Shown here: positions 38,601 to 50,600 of the stretch, one piece after another
Position numbering within the stretch: the first letter of the stretch is position 1
Layout of the letters: the number at the start of each line of letters is the position of its first letter
Origin: Harriotta raleighana
Lineage: Eukaryota
Assembly (NCBI GenBank): GCA_050575255.1
Contig: JBNZDD010013730.1
Location: 6,965,498-7,029,497 of the forward strand
Reading direction: 5' to 3'
Length of the DNA stretch: 64,000 nt
Program-made: the position numbers and the translations under genes
Notes under the pieces: model-generated
The model's database searches: none
What the model saw: the letters and a program-made list of their open reading frames with translations, nothing else
Told to the model about the DNA's origin: nothing

Positions 38601-41600
38601 AGTTTGTGCTTATATTCTTCATACATCAGGTTTTGAACTCAGTTCACATCATGATTTGTAGGTTGGTAATGAACAGCAAGATATCCTTGCAATTAAGTCA
38701 AGTTGAGTGATGGAGAGAAGAAAGAATGTTGTTGAAGAAGTTTTCTGAAAGAGGTCATCGTTCCCAACTTATATTTTACACAGAGGATTGAAACATTTTG
38801 TGCAGGGAATGACTGTGTGATGACTGAAAGCATCGGCAGTTTCAAAAGGGAATTGGATAGGTAAAGGAGATCATGAGATGGTGAAACATTGATACTCATA
38901 GTGTTTCCAGACATTCTAAAGCAACCAAAGTAGACATTGGAATAACCAGCTTAGAGAGAGTTAATAGCCTATCATTTTTATCCATGTACGAAAATGCAAG
39001 GTTCCACATTCACATCTTATCTTACCATTTGTTTCTTGATGATTTCAGTCACTCTTAGTTTGCTTCAAATTATGAAACGGATTAGAATTTCATGTGATGA
39101 TCATTTCAAATTGAATCTGATATGATGGTCAATATTTTTTTAAAAAAAACATGTGCAAAATAAAGCCAATCTATTGCTGTGCATAACTGACTGTATCATT
39201 AAGAAAAGTATAAGCACAGAGATTGTGGGCTGATTGATACCATCAGCTCATGTAGTTTATTTAGTTATTTGTTATTACTGTAGTTTTGCAGCCACAACAT
39301 TTATCAAAGATGATTCTGATACCAAGGAATGCTCATGCTAATTTATCACAGATAAGAATATTGTCAAATATGCAACAGTATTGCTGAGATTTTCAATCCC
39401 TGAAGACTAAACAAACGATTTTATATTCCAGTCAGTAGTTAAAGATGTAAGGTCACTCAGCCATTGATTTATTACCCATCAAATATTATCACACCACTCA
39501 TCTTTGAGTGGAATTTTTAAAATATATGTAAGTAAATAGTCAATATAACAATTAAATCTGACGTCTATATGGTTTTACAATCAACATCCACAGTTTGGCA
39601 GAACAACTTTGTATCCCAAACCTGCTTTGCTCCATTTTTTCATAGAGAATTGTTTATGATGCATCAATTCTTTTGAAATGTCCTTTGAGTCTTCATTTAC
39701 ACCTCAGGCGAACAATTGCTTTTGATGCTTCTTATTGCTCCAAAGGAGATGTAATTTTTTAAAAAAGTTGAGCAGTGGCAATCTTCCTGGGAACTAGCCA
39801 ACAACAGAAGTGCTTACTCCATTGCAAAATTGCACAAAACTACATCAGATGGCCACACAAAAAAAACCATATTACAGGTGATTCTTTTGGCAAAACTGAA
39901 CTCTAAACACAGGTGGTGTGATTCAATGTGGGCCTGCATTCAAAAGTGATCACTTAAAATGCATCACCTGATCTCATTCAGGGCAGCATTTGGTCTCTGA
40001 TTAGCCTCAGTGTTGAGTTTAAGGAGATGAGGGAAGAACCAAAGTCCTTTCTGCTAATTTCTATTCACTGCTCTGTGCTGATCAATTGACAAATGTGTGA
40101 ACCTCTGGAGAGAACAAGCTTGGCAGTTATGCCCCACTGTGGTTAAATACCCTGCCAGCACTCACTGTCAATTTTCGCACATAAACACTGGCCAATTGGG
40201 CAAACTAATGAGCCACCCAGGAATTTTCAACAATTCACTCATGATGTTAATAAAGAACTCGTTTCCTCACTCAGAAAGTGGTAGAGAGCAGGTAGCATTA
40301 GTCCACACTGCTTGTTCCAGTAGAAAACAAACCATTCATCAATCTGAGCCAGCTATTCTGATGTTTAAGAGGATAATCCTTTGTATTGCTGTATGTGACT
40401 TTCACATTCCTCACATTCAACCAATTCTTTATACATTTGAAGTTGTTATTTCCTGAAGTTTTGTGCTAAACAGTTTCCAAAGTGATTGGTTTATTTAAAA
40501 TTAAATCAAATATTTTTAGATCCACTCTGGTATCCTTTATGTTTGACAATTATTAGTAATCTCATCTGTCACGTTTCTGCCTATTTTACCAATCTGTCTT
40601 AAATCCTCTTGGAGTCTGGTGCTATCCTGCTCACCATTTACTACTTTTCCTGATGATCTACTGTCCTTGCCCACATCAGAACCTCTATCACCCAGTTCTT
40701 GCCTGGTTTCAGTGAATGCTTGCCTGGCACTATAGACCAGTTAGTCTGACAACGGTGGTAGGGAAAACTCTAGAATCCTTAATTAAATGAGGTACTTAGA
40801 AGACCATAACATGATTAGGCACAGTCAACATGGTTTTACAAAGGGGAAGTCATGCTTAACAAATCTTTTAGTTTTTTGAGGATGTAATTAACAGGTTAGA
40901 TAGGGGGGGAACCAGTAGATGAAGTGTATTTAGAAGGCATTCGACAAGGTGCCACATAAAAGGCTGCCACGATTAGGGCCCATGGAATTAAAAGCAATAT
41001 ATTAGCAAGGATCGAAGGATGGCTAACGGGAAGAAAACAGAGATAAACGGGTCCTTCCCAAATTGGCAGGATGTTACTAGTGGAGTGCCACAAGGATCAG
41101 TACTTGGGGCTCAACTATTTACAATCTATATCAATGATCTAGACGAGGACATAGAACTTAAAATATCTAAATTCACGGATGATACAAAGCTAGGTGGAAG
41201 AGAAATCTCTGAGGATGACACAAAACGAATGCAACAGGATATAGATAGGCTAGGTGAGTGGGCAAGAAGGTGGCAGATGGAATTTTTTAGAAGAGGAAAC
41301 ATCAGATAGTGTTAGTGATCAGAAGAATTTGGGTGTCCTTGTATACCAATCGCAAAAAGTTAGTATGCAGGTACAGCAAGCAACAAGCAAGGCAAATTGC
41401 ATGTTGGTGTTCATTGCAAAGGGGTTAGAGTACAAGAGTACTTGCTGCAACTGTACAGGACCTTGATGAGACAGCATCTAGAATCTTTTGTGCAGTTTTT
41501 GTCTCTTTATTTAAGAAAGAACGTGCTCGTCTTAGAGGGGGTGCAGGATAGATTCATTAGGTTGGTTCCTGTGATGAGGGGGATGGCCTATGAAGATAGG

Positions 41601-44600
41601 TTGAGTAAACTAGGTCTATATTCTCTAGACTATAGAATAATTAGAGGTGATCTTATAGAAACTTATAAGATTCTTAAGGGGCATGACAGAGTAGACAGTG
41701 GGAGACTGTTTCCCCTGGTAGGAGAATCTATAACTAGGAGTCACAGTTTTAAGATTAAACGGAAGCCTTTTCGAACAGAGTTGAGGAAAAACTTCTTCAC
41801 TCAGAGGGTAGTGAATTTGTGGAATTCTCTATCCAAAAAGGCTGTAGGTGCTCAGTCCTTGAACATATTCAAGACTGAAATTGATAGATTTCTTATGGAT
41901 AGAGAGATTAAGGGACATGGGGATAAAATGGGCAGATGGAGTTAGATTAGAAGATCAACCATGATCTTACTGAATGGTGAGGCAAGCTCAAGGGGCTGAA
42001 TCTCCTGCTCCTTATTCTTTTGTTCTTATATGCTTATGTTCACCGGCTCCCTGTTAAAGAATACGTGGAGTGTTGTAGTTCAGTGTTTAGAGCACTCGCC
42101 TTACAGGTGGGAGGCTTGGGTTCATTTTCTGGCAGAGTGAAACCTTGGGCAAGTTTCCATACTCCACATACCTGATGATAATCCCTCCAAAAAAATTAAT
42201 TGGTCATTTCAATCCATGACTGCTTATGAGACACTGCTGGGCGCAATTGGCTGCCATGTTGTGCCATGCACAAATATACAGTCAATTCACTTGATATTCT
42301 GTGAAGCGCTTTGAGACGTCTAGAAGTCATGTAAAGCGCTATATCAAATGCAAAGATTATCTCTGCAATCAGATATTTTTCCCTTTCAGTTTATTGTGTT
42401 CTTAGTGGTTCACACCAAGAGGTGCGTTCTCTCATTTGAAACCATGGGAACACTGGAAAGCATTCAATCTTCTCATTTCCTTTTCAAGAAAGAATTTTGC
42501 TTATGATCTATTGTTGTCAAAGAACAAAGCGCTAGACTCGAGCAAGACTCTCAAAATTTTATTAATGAGATTTTTCCACAAATGTGGAAGATTTTTAAAT
42601 GTAGTATTATTTGAAAGCCAGAGAGTTTTCACAGAACTTTCCACTTTCCAGCATTCTGATCTTCTTCAATTTTAAAACAAAATGTTGTCACAAGATAAGA
42701 TTTGTGGAACCTCAGGCCTTTCAGATCTTCAATTGAGATTGATGTGCAGCATTTTCATGCAAAAGATATGAAAGTCGTGCTTAAAAAGTCATTAAAATGT
42801 GTACTGCTCTGCATTGTATGTTTGGAGCCTTAGACAGACAGTACCAGCCTGCAGGCTGCTTTTGATAATAACATGCAACACAAGAAAACAATTCCAAATT
42901 TAATATTTTGTGTTTTATGGTTATTATGTGGTGTTCATTTTAGAGATGCCAGCTTTTGCTTTGCATTCTAAATTCCAACTGAGTAAATAGTCATATGGGA
43001 CAGGAAATGCTTTACTAACATCTGTTGTGTAGCATCTTGCATTTTTTTTCTGAAAGCAGTTAGCAATCCCAGAGATTCTACTATTAAGACAATAAGCATT
43101 ATTGTTCTTGAGCATTATGCCTTCTGTTTCCTTGACACCATCTTCTCTACATGGCTTCTGCAGACACATCACATCTGCTAGTTATTTTAATACGATTGTG
43201 CATGACAGAAGTAAAGGGTGTAATATTTACTCAGAAGAGAACAAGTGTCTGCTGCAAATTTGATGAATTCTGAATATGGGAGAGGATAAAATATGTTTAA
43301 TGGTTTCTTCAAATCCAGTCCCATTTGTTCAAACTTCACAAGATTTTTCAAATTCAGTCACAAACACTCAACATTAATTTGAAAATCTTCTTAGATTTCT
43401 GATATTACAAAGTTAATCCTGATTAGTTTCTTATATTGAATTTGCATTCTATCAAGATTGCAAAATTTCAATTAATCCCAACATCTTTTCAGAACTTCTA
43501 AACTCCCTAACCATTGTTGTGAAGCATAGACACATATCAAAAGGCTTTTATACATTAATACTAGTGCAGCCACAAACATATTTTGATGTCTACCTTAAGA
43601 TTTTATCAAGATTAGAAAGACATAATTAGGTGGTGACAATTATAGAACATTAGCCTTTCAAACATAAACTACATTGTCAAACGATTGAATTCATTCAGCT
43701 CTCAGTAGCAGACATGAGTCAGGACTAATGTTATATTTTTATTCTATAAAGAAATCAGCCTCCAGAAGAACTGAATAATATTGCATTTTCCACTAGTTTC
43801 AAGGAAAACAATATTACAACTACTTGATATGCAGACATAAAAGTTAATAAACACATACATGCATGAATCGAAACAGCTTAAAAACAATATCAACAATATC
43901 ATGATGGGGTGACACTACAAAATGTAACACCATTGCCTTAAATACATTAGTGAGCGGTTGTGAGCATCAGTATAACAATTAGAAAGGGAACGGTAGCAAC
44001 CCTCTGTTTCAGAGATGATGAAAGGGCAGAAATTATATATGAAAATTATGACTTAGAAACAAATAGTTGAAACAATAAAAAGAGGATAACTAATGTAGAT
44101 GATAGATATTGCTTTAAATTTGACAAGAGGTAAAAACTGCAATTATATTACCTACAGGGTAATCAGTAACTACATCATTCTTTATTGTTTATTCTTCAAA
44201 TTTCCTTATTCATTTTTAGTGCAACAGATTTTTTTCTTTGCTTTAAGCTCCTCTTTGTTTTAGAGGACAAAAATCACATTTAACTCAGGGAGCAGCCACG
44301 AGATTCACTGGCATGTTAACAATACCCTTCTCCCAATCTTCTTTATCTTCCTCTGGGGAAGCATCTGTCTCTAGTCAATGTTTCTATCTAATGGCATAAG
44401 TCAGGCTGGGAACTTTCTACATGTGGTGGGGCTGGTGTGAAATCATATCCTTCAACTTTGTGATATCTGATTATTTCAGCAAAGAATTGTGTTCTTAACT
44501 GGCAAATGTTATTGAAATATATTACAAACGACTCACTGCCAGTCTATTTTTTAAATGACAGTAATTTACTTCTGTGAGATGTAATCTATTGTACTTACCA

Positions 44601-47600
44601 TGGTAATGCTAAATGCATTGCTTCTAATACGGTGTGACATTATTAACTTCTCTTGCAATAGTCTGAAATTAGTTGCTGTGCTGAATTGTGCCATCAGTAG
44701 TGATTACTATGAATAAAAAATAGGCAGTAATATGATTGAATTTGTTACAGTGGCATAAATGATGTTCTTGATGCGAGAGAGGTTGGAATGAAGATTTTTG
44801 AAGACTATACTAACTCCTGGTTCTGGATTTTAATGTAAGTATAGGTTTAGAATAGTTACAGCAGAAATGCAGAAAATCATTTGCAGTAAGTGTTCATTTA
44901 AAAGCATTTACTATTGCAATCAGAGGTCAAAATACAAAAGAGGATGATGCACAATATTGCTTTTAATGCTTTAATTTTTTTTGTGCGGTCATCAAGTTCC
45001 AGGGTCACACTGTGATATATTATCTAAGTGTCCCTTTTTTAATACATAAATCTAGTTGGCAAGCGTCTTGCCCTCACTGCACATCCACACATGTCTCAAT
45101 TGCATCAATTTGCTGGATTGACATAACCAGCAGGAACTCTTGATGATATTCTGTCTTACTAGGCCAGAAGGACTGAGGGTGCAAATTCACACAATGCTGT
45201 ATATGCAGGATTGTTTTCATGCATATCAGGCTATTAAATTCAGCTATTAAGCAGTAAGTACAGTATTATTGCCCTGCCATGCTACATATTGGTGGAATTT
45301 GGTGGAAGTGTTCAACGGGTAACTGAACAAAAGTTTTACATTACATAGCAGAGAGGAGGAGGAGGAGGAGGAGGAGTAATACAACAACAAACTGAGAATC
45401 AATTACTCTTTCCCCTTCCAAATAAACATCAAGAAACACATTAACCTGCTCGCATAGAAATAGAAATCCAGCTAGAATATATTAAAATGTAAAAATATTC
45501 AGAATGCCAGTTCACTGTTTTAGTGGATAACATATTGATATGAACACTGATGATCAGGTTGTGGGAAGAGCTACTTTTTTGCTGAATCAAGTGAATCTAA
45601 ATTGTGGAAATAATTTGAAGTTGCAATAGGCATCTTATCGGCTTCTCATAATTTGGGGCTGCAAATGACTGACCATAGGTTTCTGTTTACAATGCAAGAG
45701 GTGCACAAGTTTCCCCAACAAATGTACAGTCGTTTTTTCCTGTTCTCCTTCCCCCTACCCCAATACCTCCCCTTGCCATCTTTCCCCACTTTCTCCCCTA
45801 ACCCCACTTCCATGACTGTTTATGGGACACTGCTATGCGCAATTTGGCTGCTGGGTTTTCGCCCACAAATATGCAGTTAATTTTTCCTACTTTCCTTCCC
45901 CCGACCCATCCCTCCTGCTCTGATCCCACTTGACTGTGCAGCGCCTTGGGACGTCCTCCCAACATGAAAGGCGCTATATAAATGTAATTTGGATTGATTG
46001 ATATCTTTGTATTAGATTGTGATAAGGTGGCGCTTCTCTTGCAGTGTAATAAAATGCGCCAATTGACCTCCATTATGAAGTGTTATTGTGTGACCATCAA
46101 TGTTACAATGCGATGAGCTATGCACCTCATTTTATGTTACAGTGCAACCAGAGGTGAACATGATTAGGTTAGACAGTACATTCCTTTCAGTGTATCTGTA
46201 ATTAACATCATTTTTTATTTATAGTGGGTTGGTCATTGCAATGGTTGTGAGCCTGGTGTTCATCCTACTCCTGCGGTTTACAGCCGGCGTATTATTTTGG
46301 TTTGTGATCTTTGCAGTAGTTGGGGTGATAGGCTATGGTAAGTATTATTTCCTTGTGTGTGTTACAGTTGCATTGTGTATTGAGTGTACACAGTATGTGA
46401 ATGTAATTGAAATTAGACTAGCCCCATCTGCTGGGATGTATTGCAAAAGCTTTTACGTGCCTTCCCTGTTGGGAAGACAGAAGTATTATTCATTAAATCA
46501 GAGGTTACTGTATAACTAAAAGGACTAATGTAAAAAAATTGTGTACAGCAAATCTATTTTAATTGGCAATTCAAAATGTGCGGATGCCAGAACATGCTGG
46601 CTCTGAAAAATGACAGATGTTGTCACAGACTACAAAGTGAAGACAATAATTGAGAAACAATGTTTTATCAATGAGACGGTGGCTCTATTGAAACAGAGAA
46701 ATCATTCCCTAGGTCATTCATTAATCCAAACTTTCTCAACTTTTTCATCTTTCCATAAAATCTTAGAGATATATCCCAAAATAAAATATTTTATTGGAAA
46801 GATGCTCTCATATTATAATTATTTTTATGAGAGCATATCATAGTAAGAATAATCAGTTGATGTCTCAAGGTATTTCATAGGGATTTCATGTGTGTTACAA
46901 GGTGAATGCAGCAACCAATCTGCACTCCGCATTGTCCCACAAACAGTCATGAAATGAATGACCAGTTTTTTCAGGAGATTGTTGGTCAGGACACCATCGG
47001 GAGAAATTCACTTGTCTTTTTAAACAGTGCCATGAGATTTTTAAGATCCATTCAAACAGAAAATGTTTGGTCTCACACTAAAGGACGACACCTCTGACAA
47101 TGCAGTACTCCCCAGGAGTGTCAGTTTAGTTGACTTTGTGAACTTCAAGTGCCAACACAGGGCTAAAACCCGTAATCTTCTGACTCAGAATGCTACAAAC
47201 AGAATCAAGCTGACATGTATTGTATCTTTTTAAAAAAATACACAGGGAACATCAAAATTACAAAGTTACATCTAGAATTAGTCTAGATGCAATTAGCATT
47301 TAATTTGATGGAAACGTTTTTTTGTTGAAGGCAACCCAGTTCCAGTTTCCTGCCGGTTAATAGCCAAGTCCTTGTGAGTGTGGAGATGACAGATTGGATC
47401 GACTGTACTTGTGAACAGGTGGCAGAGAAGTGGATTTCTGTGTGTTTTGTGATCATGAGGGTGGCCGAATTGCAAATGACATTGGGTGTATTAGAGTTTA
47501 GAGTTTTACCTGCAATTTGAATTCATTGTTTAACAATTAAATAAGGGTTATTTTTGTGAACTTTTTAAAATTTTGATGAATTGATCTTGTGATGACGTCC

Positions 47601-50600
47601 ATCCATATTTCAGTGTGTGCTGTCATTAGCTCTGCTGCTTTATGTCTCACGATAATAGCCTTGTGTGTCAAAGGAGGCTGAATGCATCGAAAAATGTGCT
47701 TCAAATCAGTTTTCACCATCTTGTAACATTCCATGCAACAAAAGAAAATGTCAAAATTCGGCTACAATTTACAATTAAAAGTGGTACAGCCAATGAAAGG
47801 TGAGGGCACTGAATAATCCTTCTTACCATGAGGGCTAATTGATCAATTATCAAAATGATTTGCTGGCAAGCATTGTTGTCATTTGAATATTAGCTTCTAT
47901 TATTAAATCGACTTGATGGCCAATTTGAGAGTTGCAATAGAAAAGACAGCTGTAACGTCCTTTTATAATTAGATAATGGCTAACAGCATTTGAAACCTAG
48001 TTTTGAAAATTTAACAGTTAAGTAGCATTTAAGTAGCAATATTCTGTAAGATTTCTGAAACACTCACTCCATGTCTATATTCTTGGGAATGAACAGCATC
48101 GAGATCTTTCAATGGCAATAGGGAGCACTGAAAAAGTGGCAAAAACCCTCTTGTGCATTCAGAAAAATAATAACATGATATAAAGCAAAGTAACCATGCA
48201 GGTCAGGCAGCATCTATGGAGAAAGGAAGGGGAATCAAAGTTTCGGATCCACGACCTTTCATCAGTAACTATAGTGAAGCTTGATTTATACTCCATTCTG
48301 TATACATCAGATTGAATGAAAAGAAAAACACCTAATTTTGAGATGTTGGTGAATGCACGTAACCGCGAATTGTGGTCTTAGGTTTTAGTGCGAGTAAACA
48401 GCTTTTTACTTTGATCAACATTTTTATTATGTTAATAAAGAGCCTGTTGATTGGTGCTCTATATAAATCAAAGTTGTTGTTGATTGTTCTGAGACCATGC
48501 ATGGGATAGTCCAAATCAGGAGTGAGCCCGAGACAATTTAATACTGTCAGTTTTACTTTGCAACGCTCCTGATACCAACACTTCCAGATGATGTGGGAGA
48601 ATAATTCCAGCACAATTTGTGTTGGCTCACCTTCCATTTAATACTGCACTTTTGATTGGGGAATGCATTTCTGCCCCCAAATTGTGACAAATTGCCACCA
48701 AGTGTGCAGTATGATTGCACCACAAACCAAATACAGTGGAACAATGTGACTCGGTGCAATGTGAAGCTTTGAGACAAAATAGAGAATGCATTGCTTTTAT
48801 TTATTTCCTACATTAGACTGAATAGAGCAATACCATTCTGTAACTTGTGCAGCTAACAACTGAAATTTCTTATTGATTAAATAGGATTGGCTTTTTAGTT
48901 GGTGGTTTTGTCTGTTGCCTGTCTTCGGCTTTGTTAGCTAATATGATCATCAAATAATATTAATCCCTACATTTAACATAAATGTGAAATGACTGAAAAT
49001 TCTTCACAGGAAACTACAGTACCGTCAATTGTGATGATTTTATTTGTAGGGAAACAGATGCCATTGGATTATTCTAGCCAGCGCAATACTGATCCTCATC
49101 AAGAATCCCAAGCAAAACAGTTATTTTTGGGAGCCAAAAAAGACATGTAATATTTAGAATCCTGGGGTTCATTTCCCAGAAAAACATCCAGGATTTGTCT
49201 CAGGAGATTGTGCTACAATAACTTATTTAAGACGAGATGCTGAAACTCAGCTCTTCACTGGAACTGTGGTGGTCTGATCAATAGAACTGTATGAAATGAT
49301 TGGTTACATAGTACTGCCTAATAATCTGTGCACATATGGCAATTACAGTATTGGTGCATTTCTGCTTGCAGGCTTCAATGTTCCTATTAAGATGTTATGC
49401 CGAAAGTACATTCAAAATAGTATCTATAGTTAATGACAATCAATTAGAAAAAGCTAGGGAGACTGCAGCATGAAAAGAAGCATGGCTCTCTGCAGCTAAT
49501 GTAATGTCCAAAAGTGTATATCATTATTACTATGTGCAACCCAATATTGGAAATGTTAAAATAGAGCATGTAGAAATACACACTGAGGAAACCAATGTGC
49601 CTATGATCATGAACAAATGAAGATAGCAGGGGCGGTAATGAAGAGGTGTTGACACCCCATGGTGCCTCCAGAATGGGGACAAACACGGCAGAAAAAGAAA
49701 TGTGAATTAGCTGAATTTGAGAAGTTGGAAAGTTTCTGTAATTGACTGACAGGAAAATACTTCAAATCATTATCATTATCACCCACCAAGCAAGAGATCT
49801 GACCTCAGAAGAAATACTAAGTGCTTTACATAAACGGTGTGAAATGACTTGGTCTCTTAAATATAGTTTCACCATTGGCGTATGTTCATTGGGTAAAGTA
49901 CACAAATCATAAGCATCTACAAATCTCAGACTTTTTCATGCAGTACAGTACTTCTGCAAAGTTCTTGTGGCTGTTTTATCAGTCTTGTCTCTGTTCGTAT
50001 TGGGAAATATCTTTGTGCACAATATTATCCAGTAAGCAACAACGAATTACAAATTTAAGTTAGATGTTAATTTGGGGGAAGTTGGGGGGGAGTGGGGGAT
50101 GAACCAGTATAAAAATTTTACCAAATTTCCTCATCCTTTTCCTTTGCTATTACTAAGAAAATGGCATCATTCATAGGCAGAAAGGTAATTTATCAGTTTG
50201 TGCCATTGAACTCATAACTCATTCAGAAGGGTCATGTTATCTTCAGTGATGCATAGCATTCTTCCCTACTGAAATTGTTGGCTGTTGTTGACTGATGATG
50301 TAAGACTACTTTTAAATAATCTTTTCAATTACACTTGTCCTCGGCTATATTCATCAGCTACCCCTGGAAGGCTACTGGAAGGGTAGAGAATCATTCATCA
50401 GATCTTTTTTAGGTGAACTAAATACAAAAAAGGAGAATAACTTGCACTTATATAATGCACTCCATGCTGGGTAGATGAAAGTTTTCATATCCATGTCTGA
50501 ATGAATTGGAAAATGAGTGGTTACTCTCAGTAATGTGTCTACCGGTATGCTTCTTGTAGTGTGTAACACTCCAAGCTTCGTGACCCCATCTCCCCTATCC

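Noticed and set aside
40555-40740. Twin-priming 5' inversion of the CR1 at 40731
   Set aside because: The antisense piece matches an RT segment already present in the sense copy and is diverged from it, so it is a separate older insertion.
41019-41945. Longest ORFs (up to 182 aa) as an independent gene
   Set aside because: They are frameshifted pieces of a dead CR1 ORF2.
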